NCBI GenBank assembly: GCA_000934665.2
Contig: KZ537995.1
Coordinates: 62,001 to 126,000, forward strand
DNA from: Catajapyx aquilonaris
Taxonomy: Eukaryota
Reading direction: 5' to 3'
Length of the DNA stretch: 64,000 nucleotides
Shown: piece after piece, positions 11,830 through 25,426 of the stretch
How the letters are laid out: every line of letters begins with the position of its first letter
How positions within the stretch are numbered: the stretch's first letter is position 1
Notes under the pieces: model-generated
What the model was told of the DNA's origin: nothing
Databases searched by the model: none
The model's input: only the letters and a program-made list of their open reading frames with translations
Program-made: the position numbers and the translations under genes

Positions 11830-14800
11830 CGTATACGTTGGGTCTGATGTTCAAAAAAAAAACTAAACCGATGGTACTATTGCAATTATGCATTCATTTT
11901 ATAGACATCGCATACAATGACACATTTGCTATTTTTTACAGGAAAAAATAAGCCTGTATATGTTTACAACTGCTGTCGTTTTTCATAATAAATCAGGACT
12001 GTAATACTGACATGAGCTATGGAACGAATAAAGTACAGTACACCACATGTGCATAGAAACGTCGTGTACAGAGTATAAAAAATGACATATTAATTTGGCA
12101 TGTATTACCATCAATTTGAAATTTAGCTCTGAACAAAACTCAGGAGTGCATTTTTGTTGGGTACACCACGAAAATATACGGTTACTGGTTCAACAATAGG
12201 GAGAGGACGATTCCCAGTAAACTTGGGCTTAGTTGAAGGAGCTTGAAAAAGGGCTCTTTTCAATCCAAGACACACTCAGTTTGCTGCAGAAAAGAAGAAG
12301 AAAAGGGGGGAGAGGCTGAGGATGAGAGAGGTTAGCCTTATACGAAAGCTGATCACACCAAAGCCCTCTCCAGATTTTCCAGAGCATCCTCATTGAGTAG
12401 TCCGAGGAGCAGAGCCTCGGTATCGGTCCGCCTGCTTTCTGATGGCCACACTTCGATTTCTACTACATTACATACTCTGGCCCAACACCCACTTTTTTTT
12501 CTTCTTCTTCTTCTTTTATTTTTCAGAAAGGGTATAAACCAGAGGAGTGGGGAGCTAGGAAAAAAAAGGGTGCGATTTTCAGCATCCCTCCTCTTTTCTT
12601 ATCCTCCCGGGGGAGAATAAGAAACATGCTGGGGACCGGAAATGAAAAGGAGGTTTTCGGCCCTGGGTTGGATGACTCTTTCGGTCGACAGGTCACTCTG
12701 GAGATGAGGATTTGCAGTGGAAAAGTCCAGAAGATTTTATTTTTTTTTGCGTGTGACGTCAAGGGTGCACCGAACTGGACAGAAACGCAGACGATTCACA
12801 AAAAGCTTACTTTGAAAGGACAAATATTTTGGTCGCTCTGAGTTCATCGTGTTTTTTTTTTGCAATATATGACAAATAGGAATTTAATAAAATAGTGCCT
12901 AACAATAATGCAATACAAAAAAATAATTAATACAGATAACAAAAACAAGTATATTGATTGCCAAATTTGCCTGCCCGTTAATAAAATTTTATCACTCTGA
13001 GAATAATATGTTGGAACTGCATCAACAAAAGATTGTAGTTGCATGCCATTTTTGCTAATAATTTTCGCATAAATTTTTATGCTAGTTCACCAGCAAGTTT
13101 TTAAACATAAAAAAACCGGTTTTACCTACAGGATATAGGACAGAGATATATATAAAAAAGTGAGGTTAGCTGCGGAAACTTTAACGTTAATGGCCTACCT
13201 GCTGGGGCGACTTTGAAAATAAACACCAACGGAGAGTTTCCAGTGTGAGAGATGAGGTGGATCAAGAGTTGGTGCCCTACCGTATAAAACCCTGAGTAAT
13301 AAGCACGTCCCCGTATTAATTATGACCCCCTTTTATATACCCAGCCTTTGAATCATCTCACATGCTTTTAGCCTCCTCTTCACAACATATTGGCACAAAC
13401 AATGGAGGCGACACTCGCGAATAATGCGACGCATTTTAATATAACAAACATCGACCGTATATTATGTACGCGGTTATTTTATAAAATGGGATAACCCACC
13501 AGAGCATTTAATGGCGTTAAATTTCCATCGACATTCCTTTCCATATAACCATTGATTGATACCTTAATGCATGTTTGCAATATGGCAACATATGAAACAA
13601 TTACGTTGAACGAGTCATTAACTGCCAGTCATATGGAGTCACGCGAAAATTGCAAATATTGTGCGGTTGACACCCCACTTTGATCATACAGCCGATGAAG
13701 CCTACTTGTCATTACATGGCATCCACGTGCAAACCCATCCATACCATGTATGTGCTATTTTCCAGAGCGTTATAGATCACCATTTTAACTGACAAATATG
13801 CTGCAGTCGTAATCCGTCCAAATAAAACATGCAGTTCATAATGCAATCGACATTCGTATTATCGGATTCTTCTCCGGATTCCTTAGGAGATAAAGGCCTT
13901 GGATTTTTGTGCCGCGGAAGAAGAAAAAAAATGTCCTGGCCACCACCGGTTCCTAATGACAAATTTCGCATGCATGGGAAGCTCTTTTGGGCCTATAGCT
14001 GAAGACGCGCACATATTTACCACCACGTGCAGCGAAATTCCTGAACTTTTAGAGGGGGGACCTGGACAGACAAAAGGACCTGGATAAGCGAGTAAGGGAC
14101 TCATTTGCAATTAGATAATTGAATTAATGCGGGTCTACCGTAGATATTAATATGGTGGAACAATACAGTTAGGAAGTTTGAGGATTAAGTTCGTATAGGC
14201 TGCTGGGTAAAGCTTCCACTTATGTCAGAGGCTGCTAATAGCACTTTAATACTGTAAAGCCCAAAATATTCCAACAAATTCCATAAACCACTTCATTCCA
14301 ATGAAAATTCCGTCCGTTGCATACCACAAAAAAAATTCCTTAAAAATCATCCGCATGTGGACCAACCTGAAATTTTTCAAACGGACCAGTTGCCAATTAA
14401 TCTAGGGTCCTTTACATACCGATTTTAAGTTATATATAGAAACGGTTTTTTTTGGGCTTGTAATAACCGTCTGATATCTATATGGCGGAAAAGCGCTCCT
14501 TCCATATGCAATGTAAACCTGTTTTAGTTTTTCGCTCACGATGTTCCTTATTTATGGCAGACTTAATTCAATCACCCTTAATGCGTTTAATTTAGGATAA
14601 ATGCTGTGCGGTTAGGGCGCTAAACGAAAAACCGATGCACGTTTATAAACGTGAGCAGGTTTGCATATTTCATCACACGATTATTTTTTTGCGCGCGCGC
14701 GACCTACACTTTGTTGCGAGGAAGGTGAGCTCTAGGCCATGTAGATAGACTATTTTGTTTGCTAAACCCACACTTTAAAAACTGACCCAGTTTTTTTTCT

Positions 14801-15244
14801 GGACTGGATATTAATTTTTTTTCGCAGTGTTCCACTGGAGCTGACAACAGTGACGGATAGTGATGTACGTTTGCAAAAATGATGAAAAGTTGTACATTTG
14901 CGACAAGCGGACGCGCGCTTGACATTTGCATGCGGCACGTGATGCGCAGTGACAAAAAAAAAAGGTGTTATGTCCATTAACGGCGGCGACATCTGCAGCC
15001 CAGTGTAAACATCTGAGAGGATTAGTCCTCCGGGATGCGTAATCCTTTTGGAAACACGACTGGCAATAACATCGCTCGCTTGAGCAGCAATTTGCTGTAC
15101 GGAAAAGGATGGGCCGGCTCCAATTTTTTTAAATGAGAATTCTGCCAAATAGTTCGTCTGCAGTGATGACATACTCTTACAAAACTAGTTATTGCCAAAA
15201 TTTAGCTAAACCTACAATCAGTATGTGATGTTCTTTAATGAGAT

Positions 15245-15365
15245 GGCCCGCCGATTTACCACGCAGTAATATTCTTCACGCATAGATGGCCCTCTGCACA
15301 CTCCTTGCGAGAGATAGCGATACTATCCGTTCGGACAAACATCCGATGGAGAGAATAAGCCTATT
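15245..15365 (-). mobile_element. Partial inverted copy of the 9171-9507 element
   Basis: The reverse complement contains TATTCTCTCCATCGGATGTTTGTCC...AGGAGTGTGCA...GCCATCTATGCGTGAAGAATA...GTGGTAAATCGGC, matching 9166-9303. Confidence 0.7.
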
Positions 15366-16294
15366 AGGAGAAACATACTGTATAAGGCTAGAACACACAC
15401 AGACTTCATCATTAGGAGTATCAGCAGTTTAATTACTAATAAAAGCAGTTCTTCTGCTGTCCATAATGACCCTAGTCTCAAAATGTGTCGTAAACCTGAC
15501 AGGGAGGAAAAAATAAGGCGGAATAAAAGACAAAGTTTTGCGAGAGTTTCTTTCAAAAAAGCCGCGACATAATCCGGGAGTGCCTGCAATGAAATAACAA
15601 TAGTGTTGATGATAGGTGTTGAGCAGGTAGCGTAACGGTCTTTTTATAGAGTGTATTACCCAAAAAGTGATGGCCCAGCCCCATTTCCTTTTCTTCACGC
15701 GTCATTTCCGCTGCCGGGTGTTTATAAATCCTTCCTAATGCTTCTCGGCGCCCCAAAACTTGAAAGCGACGCGTCGGTCGCTCTGGATAAAAGAAGGTCG
15801 CTGACTCTGAACCGCCATTGTCTAAGACCTATCGTAGCAAACAAGGCCATTTATCAGGTTTAAAGCAGACTCAGTACGGTGACTAGAGTCATTAAGGGAC
15901 CACTGCTGGCTTCAGATTTTTTTTTGCTTCCTTTTTTTTGGGGGGGGGGGGGGGGGGNGCCTAAATTTTTTACACAAATTATTTAGATGGAGATGTAACT
16001 AAACACAATGCTGGAGTGAGGTTGTAAGGGGGGGGGGCTATTGGGAAATTGATGCAATCAAAATTTGTAGGGGCCCCGGCCCTTTGGCGTGGCAATATTG
16101 ATGATCAATGACGTCATAGTGTTGGGGCTAATTAGTCCCATCAGGCAAAGGAACAATCTAGAGTCATTACGATACTGCTGGAACCTGATTGGTCCATCGT
16201 CGTGATGGGCATGACCTAATAAAATGGCGACGTTTTAAACATAATTATATGGCAACATATACTGGTATCAAACATATTAGCTGGTAATACGTAT

Positions 16295-16410
16295 GGGTCG
16301 AATTTTCGTCCCACTGCTAGTTACTGCTAACTTAGCAGTACTAGTGCCACCAATGGTACTTCTAAGTTAGCAGTAACTAGTAGTAGCCTACCAGGACGAA
16401 AATTCCACCC
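16295..16410. mobile_element. Short palindromic MITE (possibly PIF/Harbinger-type)
   Basis: TIRs GGGTCGAATTTTCGTCC / GGACGAAAATTCCACCC; inner arms CTAGTTACTGCTAACTTAG / CTAAGTTAGCAGTAACTAG; TAT on both flanks (16292-16294, 16411-16413) as a candidate 3-bp TSD. Confidence 0.7.
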
Positions 16411-19400
16411 TATCGCAGTGGACATGTCAGGTTATATATATTCTGATTGGCCCGACGCATATTGTTACCACGACGCTTCCGATTGGCCAAGTTCTGCGCT
16501 TGCGTAGTGAGTGGAGGAACCATTCATTTGATTGCTGACTGCCGACGAGTAAACATCGCTGGTCCTCTCTCCCGACGCCTTCGCCCTAGAAAAAATGCGA
16601 GTGTAGATAGTCCTTGCTAATTAATTAATTAGTTATTTGAAAATAAAAATTAGCTGCTCATTAACGTGTATGCTTTGCCGAGAACATACTTTGCTATAAA
16701 TAGATATCGCTGGAGATCCTGTTGCAATATGCCCGTTTAAAAAATTGCCGGTACGTCTGAACACCCTGTATTTTGTGACTGCAGTCCCATTACTTCAGGA
16801 TTTGTGTCTGATCCTGCCGCACCAATTGAAACAGCTACAAAACTCGCCACGCTCCTGCCCACCCTATTGGTTAACCGTCACGAGGGAATAAAAAATGAGC
16901 CAATCAGGACCGTACTTTTTTCTCTCTCTCTAGCTCTCTCATTCGGATCCCAACTGATTGCCGAGCTGGAGAACATTTTGGAAGGTCTCTCTCCCTACTT
17001 GACCAGCAAAAGAAGGAAGTTCGCCTAGAAAATTCTCAAGGCGCGAAAGTTTTCTGTGAGACAAGCAGGTCCGATGTTTGAAGACAAAAGGGCCATTGAG
17101 TCCGCCTGAGCAATCAGGAGAATTTCTTAGGAGTGTGCCTGGGCCTTCCTCTCTCTCTCTCTCTCTCGAAAAAAAAGTAGTTTTGGGAAAGTGCCATATG
17201 TTTTAATTTCAATGGCGACCTTCCAGGAACTGATGGGAACGAATTGATTTCCACCTCTACTACTTTTTTTTTTCTTCCTTCGCGATACGGAGACCTTCCC
17301 TGTGGGGCCACCCACAAAAGAAAATAAGCTTGTTTTTCAACGTCGGAGCATGAGAATTTGATGCCGTTGCTTGTGAGACATCTTGCAGCTAAGGCCGAAA
17401 ATGAATAGGGAAATCATATTACGACATGGGGGGGGNGTCCAAGTTGAAAAAAAAAAGATATGAAAATTTTATTCGACTCACCTAGGAGGGTCGTCATGTC
17501 GGTGGCATATTAAAAAGATTCTCTTCGCTTCTTGCTGGTCCCTAGCGTACTGTACCGGAGCAGATAGCACGACCTGACATATATATTACAGTTTTCTGTT
17601 GAGTGAGAACTTGCGGAAACTTTGCAATTTAGCTCGGTATCAAGATAACTTTCTTGGTGAACTCAACGTTTGACAGCTTGAATCAAGGTTTGGGGGCATG
17701 GTTTTCTTTTCTTCTACTGACAGGACTGATATAAGAAACTCTTAGACTGTAATTTTTCCGGTCCGACTTTGGGAGACTGCATATTTTTTTATGGACAGCA
17801 CATACTGATTGTGACACCCTGTATTTTTCATCCTCGCACAGGGTGGTAACATTTCTGCTCCAAGTCTAGTGGCATAATTTGGCTGAAATAATGCTCTGGG
17901 TCTCATTTCCTCCCTACTCTCTCAAGCCAGATCATTAAGAACAAAGCGGCCGCAACAGCTATCAGTGTCACCAATTAGACGGGGGCTTTTTTTGTCTTAT
18001 AAACATGTGGCTTCCGAGACCTTCCAGACTAATGGCGTGTGGTTTGAGCAGATTATAAATGATGCAGGGAGTAAAGTGAGCGGTTTTTGGGATACGACGA
18101 CGACGACGACGACGAAGGGAGAAAAAAATATGTTGTCATAGAAGCCATCCCACCATTGCATTGCATTGATCCGTTGTCACCATAACAAAAGTGACGCCGA
18201 ACATTAGAGCCGTGTACATTCTCGCTTCTAACAGTAGGTTGAATTATTGTAAATATTTGCAAGCCTCAGATGCAAATGGGCAGTGCCCCCAGAATGTGAT
18301 TATTGCGCACATTTTCAGATGTTTTTTTTGAAATATTGCATCAGCAAATGTTTGCTGATTTTAGAACTGACTCATGAATAAAATATGTTTCGTACTGTAC
18401 AGTGTACAACTTCACTGCGTTTGTTTTGGGTCAGGTGGCTAGGCCTCTATACCTGTGAAAGCTATGGCCTCTGTAGGCAGAAAGAGGCTCCGGATTTAAT
18501 TGCATCGAACTTTCCCCCCTCCCATTCCACCGGCCCTGGAGACCTTTTCCAAGATTGGATCTTCCCTGTGTGAGCTCTGCTATCCATCTCCCTCAAGGAT
18601 ATAAAGTTAAGATCGAGATTTAGACAGGGGGGGTTAAAAAAACCTTCATAAACCACATCTTGATGGGATGAGATCCGGATTACAGTTCATGTCACGGTTT
18701 TGTCTACGGAATATTGTTAATTGCAGGTGGGGTTGGACTCGTGTGGGCGATAAGTTATCGCTGAAAAATGTAGATAAGCCGAATGGAGTAGCCGCGAATA
18801 TGAATCGATATTGTTACCTGCAGGCGACAACACATTTATATATTGTAATGGGTACCCCGCAGCTGAAATGTGCAGTGAGTCATCCAGGTGCACACGTACA
18901 GGTGGTTTTATTGGCGTTCAGTACAAGTCAACAGTACGCGAAGGCCACATGGTTAATAAACTCCTGGGACATCTGAATATCATATATCGGTCCCCAGCAT
19001 GTGCAAATTGCAGGTGCACATACCCTTCTGATCCAGTACAGTACGTTTGCAAGGTAAGTTATTGGACATTGCACATTATTAGAGCGGATATAATAATATT
19101 TTCTACTGTACCATCTACCATTATTTTTTTCATAATTATAATAAAGCATGGCTGGTTCTGCCCCAGAAAACATAATTCCTGATTCGATCAAATGACAAGA
19201 AGATTGGACTCTGGGAGTCGAAATTAAACGTGATGCTTGGGGGGCAGACTGCAGGGATTTTCCAGGAAGCATTTCATAAATAATGGAGGCTGAGATCCCC
19301 ACTATCTCGTTGTGTTCTAGAGACCTGACAAATAAAGCAGGGTTGACCCCCACCATTGTAGCCAAGCCACACACTGATGAAGCTCGGTGGGCATTAAACT

Positions 19401-19439
19401 TTGAGGATCAAATAGCTGCTTTACTTCTTGGTTATAATT

Positions 19440-19740
19440 ACTCTATTGAATTTCTACATAATGCACTCAGCGGTGGTCCAAACTTGCTGTAGTATTACTT
19501 ACAAGGAGTGCACACATATGCACTGTAATTCATCCGAGTCCGAAACAGTCCAAACTTTACACTTTGGCAAATGACAATCCGGTGCCTAACAGGGCAGCTA
19601 ATAATACCTGAGGCGACATATTCGGCGAGAGTGTCGCCAGGCAGCACCTTCTCCATAAGCCAAGCGTAAAGACGTGACAGGATAATCTTTGCCAGTTCGC
19701 TAGCACCTGGCTTGAGGAAGATCGGAATTAATGAGGCTTC
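19440..19740 (-). mobile_element. Possible highly decayed LINE (RTE-like) reverse transcriptase remnant
   Basis: The minus-strand translation ASLIPIF...LAKIILSRLYAWLMEKVLP resembles the RT-N segment of RTE/L2-type LINEs, and SKFGPP occurs downstream. No catalytic YADD motif was found. Recognition is by eye only. Confidence 0.3.
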
Positions 19741-22700
19741 TCCTCCTTCCTGCTCCTTATATAGCACGGTTGCAATCTCTAATCAAAAGCGAGCAAACTG
19801 CAACGACCCAAAGTTATTTATCGATCATAGGTTGGGAGGATCAGGCCTTTTGCATGGGGGGGGGGAAGAAGTTTTGGGGGGGAGGCATGTTGGCACACTT
19901 TGCGTTTCCCCTAGCGCGACTCACATTATCTTTTGCAGTATCCCCTAGTAATCGCTGCTGACAGGAGGGGATATTAAAATCCTCACGTGCTGGATGTAAC
20001 TCTTGTCTTTCGTATCAGATCTGGCAAGTTGGGGAGACGATGATGGGAAATGACACCGGCCTACGGGGACCTGAGAGGATGGGGGGGGGGGGAAGAGGAA
20101 AAGAGGTCGGGGAGAGGGGGGGATAATTAATGAAGGGGGCAGAGTTGCGAAAATACTGGAGGAACCTTCTAGCAAATGGTATTTCCAGCAAAGGTCGTGT
20201 TGCAGCAAAGATCCATTTTCATACAAATAAAAAATAGCATATGAAATATTCAGATAGCTGTACACAGATCAATGTTATCTACGATCAACTGCCACATGAA
20301 CTTCCTTTATTTTTTGATATGCATATTAGTTCTGAAGCTTGGCAAGGTAATAAATGCCCATGACTTGCTGCAGTCATTACTCTATGTCACTTGTTGGGAT
20401 GCTGCATTTTATAAGCTGGGAGGAAAATGATACCCGTGGGTACAATTTTTGTGATAAAACTGAAAGCAACAAGCAGATAATATTTTTAAAAATATTAATC
20501 CTGTTGAGCCAAACTTTGCCATTATTTTCCACTATGGGGGTGCAACATTGCCAGTTTTTTTTCCTTGATTTGACTCTATATATTTTTTCTGGGGGAATCG
20601 GGTTTCCTGGATTCCTGTTCATTCTTCACAATGCCCTTACAAGTCTTCACCTGATTTCCAGAAGTGACTTCTCATCAGTGACTTCCGTTGGCTTCCTCTC
20701 GAAGCCTTATCAGTGCGGTTCAGATATCCCAGCACGTTCACAGAATCTAACCCCATTTCAATCAGTGCACGAAACCTGCAATCTCCACCAGAGACAGAGA
20801 GAATTGAGTGGTGGCAAATAAAATAAAAAATTGTCATCCCACACCTAGGAAGACCTTAATCAAGTTATACTCCTATGTCGGATAGGGCCTCTGTGCTGAA
20901 AGATTGTACTTGGCCAAATGGGTCCAACACCAGGGAAAACAAATTAGTTCCAGGGCAGACAAGTGGGTGGGCTACCCCCTCTGGCTATCGTTGTAATTGC
21001 ACAGGAAATGTCGCTCACCGCAAAAACCTCCAGCTTCGCAACCCAGACTAGATTAAGCCTGTTATATACAGTGTATATGCAGACCTCTTAAGGACCAATT
21101 GCCACGGTAAGTTGTGTGTTCATACTATCGGATATTATTTCCTATCGACCACGCTCACCTCTTTTCCTCTCTTTTTTTATATGGAAAATTCTGGAGGGTT
21201 TTTTGGAAAAGTGGAAAATGGGCAATATCGATGGAGAAGCAATCAAGCGGGTTAGGATGGAGTGGTTTTCCTTATATGTGACCTTGCAGAGTAAGGGAAG
21301 GGGTTAGAATTTTCGTCTACTTTTGCTTTCCTTCCTCTCGAATATTGATCAAGGGTACCACGTTTTGGGGGGAGTTTGGAGAGGAAGTTACAGGACGGGA
21401 GGAGGGGGAGAAAAAAGCATGAAACTAGAGTGGCATGCGCAATTTGAAAGTGAAAATTTTAAATTAAACCGTGGCCCACTTTTTGGAGGGGGTTAAAAAA
21501 GAAACATTGGAAGTAGTTCGGACTACTTCGGTAATTGTGAAATCTTGAGGAAACTTTGACGATGGCGATGATGCGCACGTAATTTAATTTATTAACAATG
21601 TGCGCAATAGTTTTGTGGAAACAAAGTGCAGTAAGAAAAATCCCTAATTATAAGTTACGTCACATGCAATAATTTTTAGATTTACAGTGTAATGTGGGCG
21701 TTAGCATTAGTCTTTAAAAAAAATGCCTTCGTATAATTACATCCTCCTTCATGTTTAAAGACAGTAACTCAGTGCACAAAGTTTCCGCAAATTGTCTTAA
21801 TTAGCGCCAGAGTAAGCAGACATTTCGCAGATGGTTTGCAGGCGAGCGCCAAGTTTGGGAATGATTTCTAAACGCGCAACAAAGTTGTCCAATTTATCGA
21901 AAGCACCGGAGAATTAGCAGTTCGAAATCAGCAGGGCTTCTCTCTATATATAGGGCAGTGGAAATGAAACTTTGCACCCTGACCTTTTATGCAAAGCCAG
22001 CCAGGTCGGCCGCGTCGTGTTTATTACATAAATCACGAATCGTTTGTTGACAGGCACCGTTGCGTGTCGACCTATACAAAATGTGCACCTACCTGTACAA
22101 CCGGATATTCAACTGGCTTAAGTAGATATTGCATTTTTTTAAACAAATCCTGGTTTTTCAAAAGAAATTATTATTGACCATTTTTTTTATGTGTGGTGAC
22201 TAGAGCATGTAATATTACCCAACAATAACTGCTGGTATGCTTTTGCCCGGGCAAGCAAGCAATGCAGCAAAAGCCTGCCAAGTGTGTGTGGGCTTAATCT
22301 GCAGTGATCGATGCCACCTGCAGGTGGTGGGTTGGGAAAGAGCCTAGGGGTTGGGAAAGAACACGGATGTTGTCGAATCTCACGGGGAATGTAGACTTAA
22401 GCGAAAAGCCTCAGGAATTTAATCCCAGCGTGCTGGACCATCTTTTTGATGAATTTTGCTGGTTCTTCAATACTTTGTAGGGGGGGATAATAAAATGCGG
22501 GCCATGTTTTTCTCTCTCAAAAGATCCTATTATCGGACAGTCTTGTCTGCTTCACAGAAAAATTAGAAAACCAATTTTTTTTGATCCAGACTGTAGTTGC
22601 AAGCAGGTTGCAAGGTATAGAAAAAAATCTTGATGATAATGCTTTTTTTTTGGTCGGTGTCTGTAGTGCTAATGGATGGAAACTACGCATTCGGGCGGCA

Positions 22701-23140
22701 CCAACCAAGCTCGACCTTTAAATCTCGGGGAATTATTCCCAGAAGACCAATGGCAGACTGTTTGTGGGACTGAAAAATCTCTGTCTTCCTCAGGAGCGGG
22801 GAGAACATTTTAAACCTGCTTTTATTATCAGGCCTGCTGCGGTGCAAGAAACGAGTGTATCGCAATCGAAGTAGGAACAAGCAATTGCAAGTGAAGTAAT
22901 AGCGATTTATTTCTGTCATTAGCATAGTCGCAAAACGGCGGTAATAACTGCTCTTGTAATCCGCTTGAATAATGTTAAAGAGACGGTGAAAAAAATGATG
23001 GCAATTTCCTCCAATTAGTCCCCGTGTACTGTACTGGAGCCAAGTGAGGTCATTTGGCTATGAACGGTGGTCCATTGTGCCAGGACAATATTCTCCTTAA
23101 CCTACATGCATGCATTTTGTGTGTCTCTGCTGCCCCCCCC

Positions 23141-23253
23141 NNNNNNNNNNNNNNNNNNNNNNNNNNNNNNNNNNNNNNNNNNNNNNNNNNNNNNNNNNNN
23201 NNNNNNNNNNNNNNNNNNNNNNNNNNNNNNNNNNNNNNNNNNNNNNNNNNNNN
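23141..23253. other. Assembly gap (113 N) flanked by poly-C
   Basis: Run of N directly visible. Confidence 0.99.
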
Positions 23254-25426
23254 TCCCCCCCCCCCCCCCCCGTATATCCTGCTATACCGCAGCGTGAAAG
23301 GCGGTACCCAAATTTTTGGTTATGGGGATCACTCGACGTGATATCCGCCCACGACAGCTGACGCATGCCGCCAATTGATTCTCGATCCGAAGCCCCCAAA
23401 GGGAAGGTTACTGCTGGTGGTGGGGGGGGGGAATTCTGACATTTTGCGAGCAACGTGGGCGTAAAATTGCGTGGGAAAAAATTCTATAGTGCATTAAACT
23501 GGAGGGTTGGAATTACAAGTTTGGACTTGTTCCGGGTAGAAGCGTGGGACGGAGATGAATGGGTCCGGAGGCTGAGAGGAATGCCCTATATACGCAGATG
23601 CATCCCACGACCCCATTTGTCACAGGGGCGGACTATATGTGTATATATATAGTTGTCCACTATATGGGACAGGCCGCAAGTGGCAACCCGGAGTTTCCAT
23701 AGAGCAAGACCTATTGGGCAAGTTTTTTGCTGACAAGATGACTAATATGGGACGGAAGTTGTAGTAGTAGTGTGAAGGATTAGTGGGTCATTAGTAGGTT
23801 GCAGAAGATTGTGTTGCAGGCTGGTAGAGAAGGATGGCCTTTCACGTTTTATTATATGGGAGTTTGGTACGTATTGGATGCTGCTGGTGGTTAAGGGATC
23901 AAGGAAGGATATAGGATGGTGCCTTGAACATGCATGGTAATCAGGGGTAGCGGGTGCTGATCCTAACAGGATTTTATAGTAGCTTCATCAACTCATTCAA
24001 TAAACCAAACCTTCCACTTATCCTTCTAAAAAATGTGCTTGTCCTATTTATTATGGAATTCTTTTAAAATCGATCCGAAATCGCAACGTTCAAACCCAGA
24101 TTTACGCTGTTGCATTTTCAAGGAATTGTCTTTAACGACAACCACCACTAAAATGATATATTAATTCAATTCTTCATCTCCCTTTGAGGGTATTCTTTTG
24201 CTATACTAACCTGCTTTTTTATTAGGTAAGTCACTCAAAATGTGACTTATAATACAGTGCTGTATTAGGATGAATCATCGTATTCATGCTGACTACTGCA
24301 ACTAGTAAATAATGCCTATGGTCTTTCCCTAAACAACAGGTATAGTTAGAACCTTGACCGCAGATGCCAGTAGTTCCAGGGGAAACATTTGTCACGACTC
24401 TCATTGAATAATTATATCGCTGTTAGGTCCTATAAGCCTGCTTTCATCAATATAATATTAGGCCCATCTAACGTGCATTAGGAGAACAGTAAAAATTCAT
24501 TTTCTACTTCTCTTAGTAGTTGCTTAGTGCTTATAGTGTGTTGATAACTAATAGAGAAATGTATTGTGTGCTGAAACACATTGCGTGCAGCATCATTTAC
24601 GTAGCTGCTGGCTATATAGGTGTTGGTAACTGGATCCGTTTAGAGCGAGGAAAAGGAGGAGCGTACATGACAACGGCACATAAACATGTGACGTGAAACT
24701 CAATCTAACACATTTACCTTGCCCCGAGCTTAAACTGCAGAGTGCGCACATTTCGGAAAGCTTGAAGGCGTAACGATCCGCACTAGACCGTTTTTTTTAG
24801 AGTGCATAAAACACCGTGCCCATGAGACCAGAAACGCCGATACACATCCATTGCGAGAGAAAGGGTTAAGGATTAGTTCCCTGACGCCTCATGTAGGTGT
24901 CTCTGAGAGTGAGCGATCTGAACTACATCTGGCGACGGCGTCCTTTGGATGTCAACACATTGAGATGGACATCTTTTAAACCGTTTAAAACAGCAATTAA
25001 TGATGCATCTGATTTCCATTGTCGTAGATGTTGCAACCGCACACTTTAATGAACAATATTGAGGGGTTTCATATCAAAAGCGGCTAAGTCCAAAAAAACG
25101 GGTCGTAAAATGATCAAAAACTGCTGATAACGTAACTTTCACGTGTACAATCTTGAAACATTTTGCGCCCATATGTTGCCACGGCTCAGCTACATACCGT
25201 ACGCAACTGTGCAATTAATACCCAATGACATTAAAATACATTATTGCTGGACGTATATTTGTGCTACACCCCCCAAAAATGGACTTAGCCGCTTTTGATC
25301 TGACAATGAGACCCCTCAATTATGGTGAATCTATGTGTAGGCTACATAATTATGCTCAATGTGTCCTTTATTTCTTGTGTAGGATCTGGAGCGAGGACGA
25401 GGGCGATGGACTAGTGATGATCGAGC

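Noticed and set aside
15323..15589. Hydrophobic 88-aa minus-strand ORF as a nested gene
   Set aside because: Its end runs into the repeat shared with 9166-9303; no family similarity or convincing exon chain.
23054..23453. ORFs spanning the N-run
   Set aside because: Open only because N codons contain no stops.
23750..24070. Penelope-like retroelement remnant
   Set aside because: No convincing RT or GIY-YIG motif in the frames I read.
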